Notes: generated from the letters alone by a model not told the origin. A DNA stretch of 64,000 nucleotides from Anaerolineae bacterium (GCA_040767155.1 JAXGPC010000005.1:390841-454840); one strand, 5' to 3'. Shown: positions 18,959-27,923, counted from the first letter of the stretch. Numbers and translations are program-made.

Positions 18959-20797
18959 GTGTTACGCGAACTACACATCGAGGACTTCGCCATCATTGAT
19001 GAGCTCCATCTCACGCTGGAGCCGCGCTTCAACATCCTCACCGGCGAGACAGGTGCCGGCAAGTCCATCTTGATCGACGCAGTCACGCTCATGCTGGGCG
19101 AGCGTGCGGATACGACGTCTTTGCGCCAGGGCGCTGAGAGTGGGCGGGTTGAGGGTATGTTCGTCCTGTCGCCAACGCTGCAGGCCGCGATTGGCCCGAT
19201 CCTCGAGCGCGAAGGGCTCGAAGGCGATGCCCCGGACACGCTCTGGCTGGCGCGCGAACTGCGCAGTTCCGGGCGAACCGTTGCCCGCGTTAACGGACGT
19301 GCTGTGTCGGTCTCGCTGCTGCGCGAAATCGCCGAGAAGCTCGTTGACGTCCACGGCCAGAGCGAGCACCTCAGCCTGCTTCGCGTTCGCGAACACCTCA
19401 GTCTCCTTGATCGCTTTGCGCGCCTGGAGTCCCTGGCTACCCGTGTTGCCGAGCTTGTGGCTCGGATCCGCACGATCCGGCGTGAGCTGGCCCAGTTGCT
19501 CGGAAATGAGCGCGAGCGCATGCAGCGCATTGACCTGTTGCGCTTTCAGGTCGAGGAGATCCGTAGTGCAACCCTCAAGCCGGGTGAAAGGGAGGCCCTG
19601 GAGTCGGAGCTAACCCGGCTGACGAACGCCGAGCAGCTAGCTACCCTGGCAGCCGGTATCGTCGCGCGACTGGAGGAGGGCGGGGAACGTTCTGTAGCCG
19701 TTCTGGACCTCGTGGGGCGCAGCCAGAAGGACATGGCGTCCCTGGTCAGGATTGACGCGAGCCTCGAGCCCCAGAGCCGGATTCTGGATGAGATCGGATA
19801 TCAGGTCGAGGACCTGGCACGGACCTTGCGCGACTATGCCACCGCGGTCGAGTTCAATCCCAAGCGCCAGGCCTGGGTTGAGGAGCGTCTGATTCTGCTG
19901 CGCCATCTGGAGCGCAAGTACGGCGGGGACATTGCCGACATCCTGGCCTTTGCAGAGCGCGCGGCTGCCGATCTGGCTGCACTGGAGCACAGCGACGAGC
20001 GGATCGCCGAGCTTCAGGAGACCGAATCAGAGCTGCTGCGCGACTGTTCTGCGTTGTGCCTGGAGCTGTCGCACAGGCGGCGGGAGGCAGCTCAGGAGCT
20101 GGCAAGAGCTGTCGAGGTCGAGCTCAATGACCTGCGGATGGCGGGTGCCCGGTTTGGCGTTGCCTTTCGCAGCGATCCGGCCGAAGACGGCATTCCCCTC
20201 GAAACACCGCTCCCGCAGGCCCTGTTTGTCACAAGCACAGGCATCGAGATCGACGATGCAACGCCGGTCCGCCGATCCGCGTTCGATGCCACCGGGATGG
20301 ACCGGGTGGAGTTCTTGGTGGCCCCCAATGTGGGCGAGGGGCTCAAGCCGTTGGTCCGGATCGCCTCAGGTGGCGAGACCGCGCGGCTGATGCTGGCCCT
20401 CAAGACCGTGCTATCCAGAGCCGACCGAACCCCAACCCTGATCTTTGATGAGATCGACCAGGGGATTGGCGGGCGCATTGGAACGGTCGTCGGAGCCAAG
20501 TTGTGGCGGTTGACCGCCAAGGCCACCGAGGAGGACCCGGGCCATCAGGTGCTGTGCATCACGCATCTGCCACAGTTGGCTGGCTTCGGAGATGTGCATT
20601 ACCGGGTGGCCAAAGAGGTCGTGGAGGGCCGCACGGTGACCCATGTGACGCCCTTGCCGCCTGAGGAGCGTGTGGTCGAGCTGGCGCAGATGTTGGGCAC
20701 CAATGGCGCGGCTGCGGTGCGCGGGGCGCATGAGATTCTCGAGCAAGCTGCCGCGACGAAGACCCGGTTGGGTGGTCTCCAACCCAATGATTGCTGA
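18959..20797 (+). CDS. recN: DNA repair protein RecN
   Basis: LRELHIEDFAIIDELHLTLEPRFNILTGETGAGKSIL Walker A N-terminus, coiled-coil middle region and ABC-signature C-terminus. Start moved to GTG at 18959, preceded by GGAG. Confidence 0.9.
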   Translation: MLRELHIEDFAIIDELHLTLEPRFNILTGETGAGKSILIDAVTLMLGERADTTSLRQGAESGRVEGMFVLSPTLQAAIGPILEREGLEGDAPDTLWLARELRSSGRTVARVNGRAVSVSLLREIAEKLVDVHGQSEHLSLLRVREHLSLLDRFARLESLATRVAELVARIRTIRRELAQLLGNERERMQRIDLLRFQVEEIRSATLKPGEREALESELTRLTNAEQLATLAAGIVARLEEGGERSVAVLDLVGRSQKDMASLVRIDASLEPQSRILDEIGYQVEDLARTLRDYATAVEFNPKRQAWVEERLILLRHLERKYGGDIADILAFAERAAADLAALEHSDERIAELQETESELLRDCSALCLELSHRRREAAQELARAVEVELNDLRMAGARFGVAFRSDPAEDGIPLETPLPQALFVTSTGIEIDDATPVRRSAFDATGMDRVEFLVAPNVGEGLKPLVRIASGGETARLMLALKTVLSRADRTPTLIFDEIDQGIGGRIGTVVGAKLWRLTAKATEEDPGHQVLCITHLPQLAGFGDVHYRVAKEVVEGRTVTHVTPLPPEERVVELAQMLGTNGAAAVRGAHEILEQAAATKTRLGGLQPNDC

Positions 20798-20818
20798 TTG
20801 TTAGAAGACCATTATAAT
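20791..20818 (+). promoter_or_regulatory. candidate sigma-70 type promoter (TTGCTG-16-TATAAT) for the PATAN-GTPase operon
   Basis: An AT-rich island in an otherwise GC-rich context, about 80 nt upstream of the first operon gene. Confidence 0.3.
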
Positions 20819-20896
20819 GAGGTGTGAGGGCATTCGTCGCACATCTATGCGTTAGGGCACGTGCCACTCTGTTAGGCAAGGATAAGGACGGTCGCT

Positions 20897-21745
20897 ATGG
20901 CGCTTAAAGGTAAGCTTGAGGACTTTGGGATCACCCAACTGCTAAATCTCATCAACCTGGCCCGCAAGACCGGCACGCTCTATCTGGACCAGCCGGACCA
21001 GGAAGCTTATCTATGCTTTCGTGAGGGAAGCCTGATCTATGCGACCATGGCGGGTGTCGATGACTACCTACCGGGGATCTTGCAGCGCGCGGGTGTTTTC
21101 ACCGCCGACCACGTCAAGATGATCCGAGACAATATGCCTGGCAAGTCAGCTCAGGATATCGCCCGGGTTCTGATCACCAGCGGACGCCTCAAGCAACAAG
21201 TTGTCCTTGCCCATGTACGCCAGCATGTCGTCGACATTGTGTATCAGGTGTTTTCCTGGAACCATGGGACGTTCCGGTTCGAACCTTCTGAGCTGCCGGT
21301 CCAGGGCAAGATCACTACGTCCATCGCGCTCGAGAACCTCATCATCGAGGGCAATCGGCGGCTCAAGGAATGGGAGTTGCTGTGCGACGAGCTCCCTGAT
21401 CTCGATATCACGCTGAAATTCGCCGAGCGACCTTCGACCCCACTGCGCGACATCAATCTGAGCGTTGAAGAGTGGCGCGTCATCTCCTTCATCAACCCAC
21501 GCAACTCTATCCGCCAGATCGCTCATTACAACAACATGGATGAGTTGCAGATCCGAAAGATCGTCTATGGGCTGTTGCAGGCGGGGCTCGTCGAGATGAT
21601 CCGCCCTGCACAACCCGCTGCTCCCCGGGCTGCCAAGCCCGATGCGCCTGCCGCCGAGAAACAACCCAGCGCATCGCAGATGAAACGTCCCGCGGTGAAG
21701 CGCAGCATCATCCAGAGGCTGATCCGGCGCATCCGGGAGCTGTGA
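20897..21745 (+). CDS. PATAN domain (DUF4388) protein
   Basis: N-terminal LEDFGITQLLNLINLARKTGTLYL is the DUF4388/PATAN signature. First gene of a nine-gene coupled operon. Confidence 0.7.
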   Translation: MALKGKLEDFGITQLLNLINLARKTGTLYLDQPDQEAYLCFREGSLIYATMAGVDDYLPGILQRAGVFTADHVKMIRDNMPGKSAQDIARVLITSGRLKQQVVLAHVRQHVVDIVYQVFSWNHGTFRFEPSELPVQGKITTSIALENLIIEGNRRLKEWELLCDELPDLDITLKFAERPSTPLRDINLSVEEWRVISFINPRNSIRQIAHYNNMDELQIRKIVYGLLQAGLVEMIRPAQPAAPRAAKPDAPAAEKQPSASQMKRPAVKRSIIQRLIRRIREL

Positions 21746-21748
21746 TGC

Positions 21749-22294
21749 ATGCAGACTCTGAAAATCGTTGTCACCGGTCCCTTCTCCTCGGGCAAGACAG
21801 AGTTCATTCAGGCTGTCAGCGAAATCGACGTCGTCTCTACCGAACGCAAGATCACGCGTAAGTCGGAGCGCATCAAAGATCAGACGACCGTTGCGATGGA
21901 CTTCGGTCGCATCACCATCGATGAGGAGTTGATCCTCTACCTGTTCGGAACCCCCGGACAACGCCGGTTCGACTTCATGTGGGAGATCCTGTCGGAGGGC
22001 ATGTTGGGGTTTGTGGTGATGGTGGATAGCACGCGACCGGAGACTTTTCGCGAGGCGCGGCGTATTCTGGACACGTTTCGCAGCTATTCCCCCGTGCCCT
22101 ATCTCGTGGCGGCCAACAAACAGGACCTGGACGATGCGTGGCCTGCCGATGATCTGCGTATCGTGTTGCGTGTCGACCCCGACGTCAAGGTGGTCCCGTG
22201 CGTGGCGAAGGACAAGGAATCCGTCAAAAGTGTCCTTCTCGAGCTCCTGTATGCGATCCTGGAGCTGGTTGAGGTTGAGGCAGAGGAAGTCTAG
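21749..22294 (+). CDS. small Ras-like GTPase of the conservon CvnD / MglA-like family (ATP/GTP-binding protein)
   Basis: KIVVTGPFSSGKTEF P-loop, TTVAMDFGRI switch region, LYLFGTPGQRRFDFMW (DxxG) and ANKQD (NKxD). Strongly resembles Streptomyces CvnD. The stop/start context is TGAtgcATG, so the two genes are coupled. Confidence 0.75.
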   Translation: MQTLKIVVTGPFSSGKTEFIQAVSEIDVVSTERKITRKSERIKDQTTVAMDFGRITIDEELILYLFGTPGQRRFDFMWEILSEGMLGFVVMVDSTRPETFREARRILDTFRSYSPVPYLVAANKQDLDDAWPADDLRIVLRVDPDVKVVPCVAKDKESVKSVLLELLYAILELVEVEAEEV

Positions 22295-22297
22295 ACT

Positions 22298-23086
22298 ATG
22301 AGCTCCATCGTCACCGAGAGGGGCATCGTTCACTATGAGACCTTTGGCCGGGGCCAGCCGGTTGTCCTGCTGCATTGCTGGCTCGGCTCGTGGAACTACT
22401 GGATGTCGACCATGGAGTTCCTGGCCGGGCACAAGTTCAAGACCTATGCCCTGGATTTCTGGGGTTTTGGCGAGTCGGCTAAACAGGGCGCCTTCTCCGT
22501 CGATGAGTACGTGGAGATGGTCGATCAATTCATGGAACGGATGGGGCTGGCTACAGCGCACGTGATGGGGCACTCGATGGGGGGAACTGTGTCGCTATCC
22601 CTGGCTCTCGCGCATCCTCAGCGCGTTTCGAAGGTAGCCGTCGTTGGTTCGCCCATCGTGGGTTCGGGGCTGAGCTTGCTGCTCAAGGCTGCCGGGTATC
22701 GTTCAGTTGCCAGGTTGCTCTACGGCATCCCCGGTGTGCTCCCGGCGTTGTTGAAGGTACTTTCTGTCACCTATGCCCGGGATGCGCGCAGGCTCTGGGG
22801 GTTATTGCGCGACGACATCTCACGCACGACGGTCGATTCCTTCTCCCGCAGCATCGGTGACCTGCGGCGCACCGATCTGCGGCCCCGGCTGCGCGAATGC
22901 CGTGTGCCCGCAATGGGCATCTATGGACGTAAGGACAACATCGTCAACCCAAAGCAAGGCGAGCTGTTGCGTGCCGGGATCGCAACCCATACTCTACACA
23001 CCTTCGAGGGCTCGGGTCATTTCCCGATGCTCGATGAGACCCAACGCTTTCACAACGCGATCCTGAGTTTTCTGGCGGAGACGTGA
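22298..23086 (+). CDS. alpha/beta hydrolase (intact catalytic triad)
   Basis: GHSMGG nucleophile elbow and a C-terminal GHFPM histidine. Confidence 0.8.
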   Translation: MSSIVTERGIVHYETFGRGQPVVLLHCWLGSWNYWMSTMEFLAGHKFKTYALDFWGFGESAKQGAFSVDEYVEMVDQFMERMGLATAHVMGHSMGGTVSLSLALAHPQRVSKVAVVGSPIVGSGLSLLLKAAGYRSVARLLYGIPGVLPALLKVLSVTYARDARRLWGLLRDDISRTTVDSFSRSIGDLRRTDLRPRLRECRVPAMGIYGRKDNIVNPKQGELLRAGIATHTLHTFEGSGHFPMLDETQRFHNAILSFLAET

Positions 23087-23730
23087 GCGTTGATCCTGCT
23101 TATCGCAACGCCTGTTTTCCGAACAGGATCTCGCGCATCCTGCTTCTGGCGCTTCAGGACGTCCTGGGGGCGAATGGCAGCAGCGCTGTTCTGACGACGG
23201 CCAAGCTTCCACAATATGTAGCTACGCTGCCCCCCGCCGATTTCGAGCCAGGACTGACTTTCTCCGAGATTGGGCGCCTCTTCGAGGCCCTCGAGAGCAT
23301 TTACGGTGTACAGGCTGGTGACCGGCTGGCCAAGCAGGCTGGTCGGGAGAGCTTCAAGTACTGGATCGAAGGTTTGGGCGGGCTTGTCAGTTTCGCCGAT
23401 GTGCTATTGTGCTTTCTCCCGCTATCCTTACGGGCCAGGATCGGGGTGGAGGTAGTGGCCGAGATCATCAACCGCTATACCGATGAACGTCTGGTTCTTG
23501 GCGAAAGCCACGACCAGTATCTTGTGAAAGTCGAGACCTGTGGACTCTGTGCGGGGCGCAGAACCGATATCCCGGCGTGCGGCTATATGCAGGGCACCCT
23601 GGATGAGTTGTTGTTTTGGGTGAGCCGGGGGCGCCGGTTCACCATCCGGGAGACGGCCTGCATCGCTCTCGGAGATCCGGCCTGCGTCTTTGCTATCGAC
23701 AAGGTTCCGCCATCGTCTGCGGGGGCATAA
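23083..23730 (+). CDS. V4R (4-vinyl reductase-like) domain protein
   Basis: C-terminal ETCGLCAGRRTD.PACGYMQGTLDE block with paired cysteines, typical of V4R/BchJ-like small-molecule-binding domains. Overlaps the previous gene by 4 nt. Confidence 0.55.
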   Translation: MSVDPAYRNACFPNRISRILLLALQDVLGANGSSAVLTTAKLPQYVATLPPADFEPGLTFSEIGRLFEALESIYGVQAGDRLAKQAGRESFKYWIEGLGGLVSFADVLLCFLPLSLRARIGVEVVAEIINRYTDERLVLGESHDQYLVKVETCGLCAGRRTDIPACGYMQGTLDELLFWVSRGRRFTIRETACIALGDPACVFAIDKVPPSSAGA

Positions 23731-23733
23731 GCG

Positions 23734-24987
23734 ATGCGTAAGGTCATCCTGCGAGACAGGCGCAAGATTCCTCCCTTCAACGAGCCCGCGCGCGAGTTGA
23801 GTGTGCTGACCAAGCCCTTGTGGCTGCACCAGCGTGACGTCCTGGCCCGCTATACGACCGAGGAACACGAGGTCGACTCTCTGGAGCAGATCAAAGCAGG
23901 TCCGGTGGAGATGTTGGTCCACCGCGACAACCTTTACTTCGATGCCGAGTTCATCGACGAGTTCGTGCGACGTGCACGTGCTTTGGGCAAAGCATGTCGG
24001 GTCGCTTTCTCGCTCGACGATCGTGCCATCAATGGCCATGCGATCTATCTCCAGGAAGGTATCCAACGGGAAGGTCAGCACTACGTTGCCGATCTCTGGT
24101 ATTTCCCTCACGGCGTCGAACCGGATGCCAGCCCGCTGGTCATCGATACCGAACCTCGCGAGGTGGGGTTCTACCACGTGCCCACCCATATGGCGAATCC
24201 TTATGGTGATCTCGTGTACGACTTGCCCACCAAGCCCTTTCTCTCCATCGAACACTGGGTGCACGTTCTCCACGCCAATGTCGATTTCGGCATCTTCGCG
24301 ATTGGCGCACGCTTTGAACGTGATGCGGAGAGGAACGTGGGGCTGAACCTGAGACTCCTCTGGCGTGGCATGGTCGAGCGAAAACAGGTCCTGACCACTT
24401 CGGCGTTGGTGAAGATTGGCAAGAACTGTAGCATCGATCCGACTGCTACGATCCAGGGTCCGGCATTCATCGGCAACAATGTCTTCATCGGTGCGGGGGC
24501 GGTTGTCGGCAATTGCACCATCGGCGATAATGTAACCATCGATCAGGGGTGCCAGTTGATGCTGAGCGTGGTGGGCAATGGCTCGTTCCTGCCGTTCCGT
24601 GCGGCGCTCTATCGCTCGGTGTTGATGGAGAACTGTATCCTGGCACAGAACTCTTGCCTGCAGATGACCGTAGTCGGGCGAGGATCGTTCATAGGTGCCG
24701 GGAACACGTTCACCGACTTCAACCTGGTGGATCGACCGGTGCGATCGTATTTCAAGGGGACTCTGCAGGATACGGGGATGACGGCATTGGGCGGAGCCGT
24801 AGGGCACAACGTGCGCATCGGGTCAGGGATGGTCATCTTCCCGGCCCGGATGATCGACTCCGACGTCATCCTCTTTGCAACGCCGGATCGGCGTGTGGTT
24901 CGTAAGAATGTCCTCTGGGAGGACAGTGACCACCTGGGGCTTGAGAACGGGGAGAGCCTACATCCCCGACTCTATCCCCGGGACTGA
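23734..24987 (+). CDS. left-handed beta-helix (hexapeptide-repeat) protein with a 220-aa N-terminal domain of unclear function
   Basis: The C-terminal half contains repeated [LIV]G hexapeptides (IGKNCSIDPTATIQGPAFIGNNVFIGAGAVVGNCTIGDNVTIDQ). The N-terminus begins KVIL like sugar-nucleotidyltransferases but lacks the GGxGTR loop. Confidence 0.6.
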   Translation: MRKVILRDRRKIPPFNEPARELSVLTKPLWLHQRDVLARYTTEEHEVDSLEQIKAGPVEMLVHRDNLYFDAEFIDEFVRRARALGKACRVAFSLDDRAINGHAIYLQEGIQREGQHYVADLWYFPHGVEPDASPLVIDTEPREVGFYHVPTHMANPYGDLVYDLPTKPFLSIEHWVHVLHANVDFGIFAIGARFERDAERNVGLNLRLLWRGMVERKQVLTTSALVKIGKNCSIDPTATIQGPAFIGNNVFIGAGAVVGNCTIGDNVTIDQGCQLMLSVVGNGSFLPFRAALYRSVLMENCILAQNSCLQMTVVGRGSFIGAGNTFTDFNLVDRPVRSYFKGTLQDTGMTALGGAVGHNVRIGSGMVIFPARMIDSDVILFATPDRRVVRKNVLWEDSDHLGLENGESLHPRLYPRD

Positions 24988-25021
24988 TGGGGCTCTATTG
25001 TTATAAGGCAGGAGGTAAGCG

Positions 25022-25912
25022 ATGAGCGCTGGTCGCATCCTGGTGGTCGAAGACGATGCTGATATCTCCAATATGCTGCAGCTCTATTTCAAGGCGCAGG
25101 GGTATGAGGTTTCTGTAGCCCTGCGCGGTCTGGACGCTCTGGATGCGACGCGGCAGAAGATGCCCAATGTGATCGTGCTGGACATTATGCTCCCCGACAT
25201 TGATGGCTATGAGGTCTGCCGGCGATTGCGCACGAATCTGCGAACCAGCCACATCCCGATTATCTTTCTGACACAGAAGGATGAGCGGAGTGACCGGATT
25301 CGGGGTCTCGAACTTGGTGCGGACGATTACATTACCAAGCCCTTCGATGTTGAGGAGTTGCGCCTGCGCGTTCGCAACACTATTACAAGCGCTGAGGTTG
25401 CCAGCTTGACCAGCCCATCCACGGGGTTGGCGAGTGGCAAGCTGATCGAGCAGCAACTGCGCGCGCTGCTCCGGGCCGAGAAGTGGGGGATCCTCTACAT
25501 TGGTATCAGGGGGCTGGAGGCATTCAATCAGGCCTACGGTTTCGTTGCGGGGCAGGATGTTCTGCGCTTCACGGGTATGATCCTGAATGCCGCGGTCGAC
25601 GAGGTGGGCACTGACAATGATTTCACCGGTCACATTGGCAGCGACGACTTCATCGTGGTCACCGGCGCCGACAAGGTGGACCACTTGCGCGATGTTATCC
25701 GCCAGAGGTTCGACAAGGATGTGGGCACGCACTATGACTTTATGACCCGGATGCAGGGCTATCTGGTGGTGAAGGATGACGCAGGCAACGACATTCAGAC
25801 GCCACTGATGCGATTGGCAATCGGAGCGCTCACGTCCGATGACGGTCCGTTCACCGATATCCGAGAGATCACGGAGGCTGCAGCCGAAGCCAGGCGTCGC
25901 GATAGCATGTAG
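25022..25912 (+). CDS. response regulator, REC domain plus degenerate GGDEF domain (GSDDF)
   Basis: REC domain with the phospho-acceptor Asp in VLDIMLPD. The GGDEF-like domain carries GSDDF instead of GG[DE]EF and has a degenerate upstream metal-binding block. Confidence 0.8.
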   Translation: MSAGRILVVEDDADISNMLQLYFKAQGYEVSVALRGLDALDATRQKMPNVIVLDIMLPDIDGYEVCRRLRTNLRTSHIPIIFLTQKDERSDRIRGLELGADDYITKPFDVEELRLRVRNTITSAEVASLTSPSTGLASGKLIEQQLRALLRAEKWGILYIGIRGLEAFNQAYGFVAGQDVLRFTGMILNAAVDEVGTDNDFTGHIGSDDFIVVTGADKVDHLRDVIRQRFDKDVGTHYDFMTRMQGYLVVKDDAGNDIQTPLMRLAIGALTSDDGPFTDIREITEAAAEARRRDSM

Positions 25913-25967
25913 CGCCTGGGCGCCTGTTCCCAGATCGTCCCTCAGAAGCTGGAAGGGAAGTTGTCGT

Positions 25968-26345
25968 ATGCTCAAAATCCTGATTGCTGAAGATGAACGC
26001 GACATCCGCGAACTGATCTCATTCACCCTTCAGTTCGCTGGGTACGAGGTTGTCTCGGTTCAGAATGGGGCTGAGGCGGTCGAGCAGGCGTTGGCGACCC
26101 AACCCGATCTCATCCTGCTCGACGTGCGTATGCCCAAGATGACCGGCTATCAGGCGTGTGAGGCGCTCAAAGCGTCGCCCGAGACGAGGGATATCCCGGT
26201 CCTTTTTCTCTCTGCCAAGGGCCAGGAGTCCGAGATCCGTCAGGGGTTCGAGGCTGGGGCCATCGACTACATTCTGAAGCCCTTCTCGCCTGATGAACTC
26301 ACTGCACAGGTCAAACGCGCTCTGGCCCCTTCGGACCAGACATAG
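25968..26345 (+). CDS. single-domain response regulator receiver (CheY-like)
   Basis: ILIAEDERDIREL...LLDVRMPKMTGY...DYILKPF. Start reassigned to ATG 25968, preceded by GGAAGGGAAG. Confidence 0.8.
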   Translation: MLKILIAEDERDIRELISFTLQFAGYEVVSVQNGAEAVEQALATQPDLILLDVRMPKMTGYQACEALKASPETRDIPVLFLSAKGQESEIRQGFEAGAIDYILKPFSPDELTAQVKRALAPSDQT

Positions 26346-26363
26346 GTATCGCTGTGGAGCCCC

Positions 26364-27152
26364 ATGAGCGCTCTGGTTGTCGACAATAGCCTGGTACATT
26401 ACGAGGTGCTCGGTCGTGGTCGACCGCTGCTATTCCTTCATGGGTGGTTGGGCTCCTGGCGCTATTGGGTGCCCACGATGATCGAGCTCTCGTCCTCACA
26501 CCGGGCCTATGCCCTGGACTTCTGGGGCTTTGGGGATTCGGACAGAGTTCCCTCGAGATATGACCTGCCCGGGTACACGGATCAGGTCGCTGCCTTTCTC
26601 GATCAACTGGGGATTGGTCGATTGCCCATCATAGGCCACGGGCTCGGCAGCGCCGTGGGACTCACCCTTGCACGGGACCACCCTGAGTGCGTCGAACAGG
26701 TCATGGCTATCAGCTTACCTCTGACCGGCGCTCACATTGGGCGGGCCTTGAGCACCTTCGGCGGTGGGGAGAATGCTGCCCGGGCGGTGCTTGGGCGCCG
26801 GATCAAGTCCTATGACGAGGTTGACATCGAGGCGGCGAAGACGGAGGGCGCGGCGGTGGTGCAGAGCGTACGTTCCGTTGCTGATCAGGACATCGGTGCG
26901 CTGCTTCGTGATAGTGCTGTCCCGGTTCTTCTCGTTGCAGGTGCAGACGACCCGATCGTCCAACCGCCGGATGATGCACTGGCGGCAAACCTGAGTGCGC
27001 ACGTTCACTCGATCGTCTTCGATGGCGTGCAGCACTACCCGATGCTTGAGCAATCGAGCAAGTTCTGCCGGCTGTTGCGCGATTTTCTCACCTATCAGGA
27101 CGACTGGGATAGAATGCAGCTTAAGGATGAATGGAAGCGCCGCATGCGCTAA
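26364..27152 (+). CDS. alpha/beta hydrolase paralog lacking the nucleophile serine (pseudo-hydrolase)
   Basis: About 45% identical to the 22298-23086 product over the first 130 aa (LVHYEVLGRGRPLLFLHGWLGSWRYW...). The nucleophile elbow reads GHGLG instead of GHSMG; the histidine is retained. Confidence 0.75.
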   Translation: MSALVVDNSLVHYEVLGRGRPLLFLHGWLGSWRYWVPTMIELSSSHRAYALDFWGFGDSDRVPSRYDLPGYTDQVAAFLDQLGIGRLPIIGHGLGSAVGLTLARDHPECVEQVMAISLPLTGAHIGRALSTFGGGENAARAVLGRRIKSYDEVDIEAAKTEGAAVVQSVRSVADQDIGALLRDSAVPVLLVAGADDPIVQPPDDALAANLSAHVHSIVFDGVQHYPMLEQSSKFCRLLRDFLTYQDDWDRMQLKDEWKRRMR

Positions 27153-27158
27153 GGCGAT

Positions 27159-27923
27159 ATGAAGAAAAGCACAGAATCGGATCCCTGGGCTATGGGACTG
27201 ACCATGCGCGCACTGGTGTTGGTCGCGTTTGTGGCGGCCTTTGCCGTTCCTGCCGGACTTGTGCCCATCGTCGCTGTTGCGACCGATGCCGAGGGTGTGT
27301 CAGAGGAGTCCGAGGGGTTGGTGGTCATTCCACTCAGTACTGCCACGCCTGTGGCGACATCAGTACCTGTGTCTACCCCGACGCCCACGGTCCCGCGCGT
27401 GGGGATCATTGCCGGTCATACAGGCAGCGACAGTGGGGCGGTCTGCCCTGATGGCCTTCAGGAAGTCACCATCAATGACAATGTTGCGCGCCAGGTTGTG
27501 GCGATTCTGTCGGCTCGCGGGTGGTCGGTCATGCAGTTGGAGGAGTTTGATGCGCGCCTGACGGGGTATACGGCGGATGCTCTGGTGTCGATCCATGCAG
27601 ATTCCTGTACCCTTGTGGATCGGTCAGGCTATAAGGTGGCTCGGGCCGAATCGAGCTCGATTCCCGATGCAGAGGACCGGTTGACTGCTTGCCTGAGCCA
27701 GCGTTACGGTGAGCATACGGGCATCCCGTTTGATCCCCACACGATCACGTACGATATGCGGCGATACCATGCCCTATACGAGATCAACCCCAATACGCCC
27801 GCAGCGATCATTGAGACCGGCTTTATGTCGGGTGATCGGGAGCTGCTTACCGAGCGCTCCGACGTCGTCGCACGTGGCATTGCCGATGGCCTGATCTGTT
27901 TCATCGAGGGCGAATCTCCCTGA
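27159..27923 (+). CDS. N-acetylmuramoyl-L-alanine amidase (Amidase_3 family), secreted or membrane-anchored
   Basis: N-terminal TM/signal region, then IIAGHTGSDSGA...NDNVARQVVAIL...LVSIHADS. Separated by 6 nt from the previous gene. Confidence 0.7.
   Translation: MKKSTESDPWAMGLTMRALVLVAFVAAFAVPAGLVPIVAVATDAEGVSEESEGLVVIPLSTATPVATSVPVSTPTPTVPRVGIIAGHTGSDSGAVCPDGLQEVTINDNVARQVVAILSARGWSVMQLEEFDARLTGYTADALVSIHADSCTLVDRSGYKVARAESSSIPDAEDRLTACLSQRYGEHTGIPFDPHTITYDMRRYHALYEINPNTPAAIIETGFMSGDRELLTERSDVVARGIADGLICFIEGESP

Noticed and set aside
23428-24807. 459-aa minus-strand ORF
   Set aside because: Antisense to the V4R and LbH genes, low-complexity His/Arg/Asp-rich. The plus-strand genes have clear domain signatures and coupled spacing.
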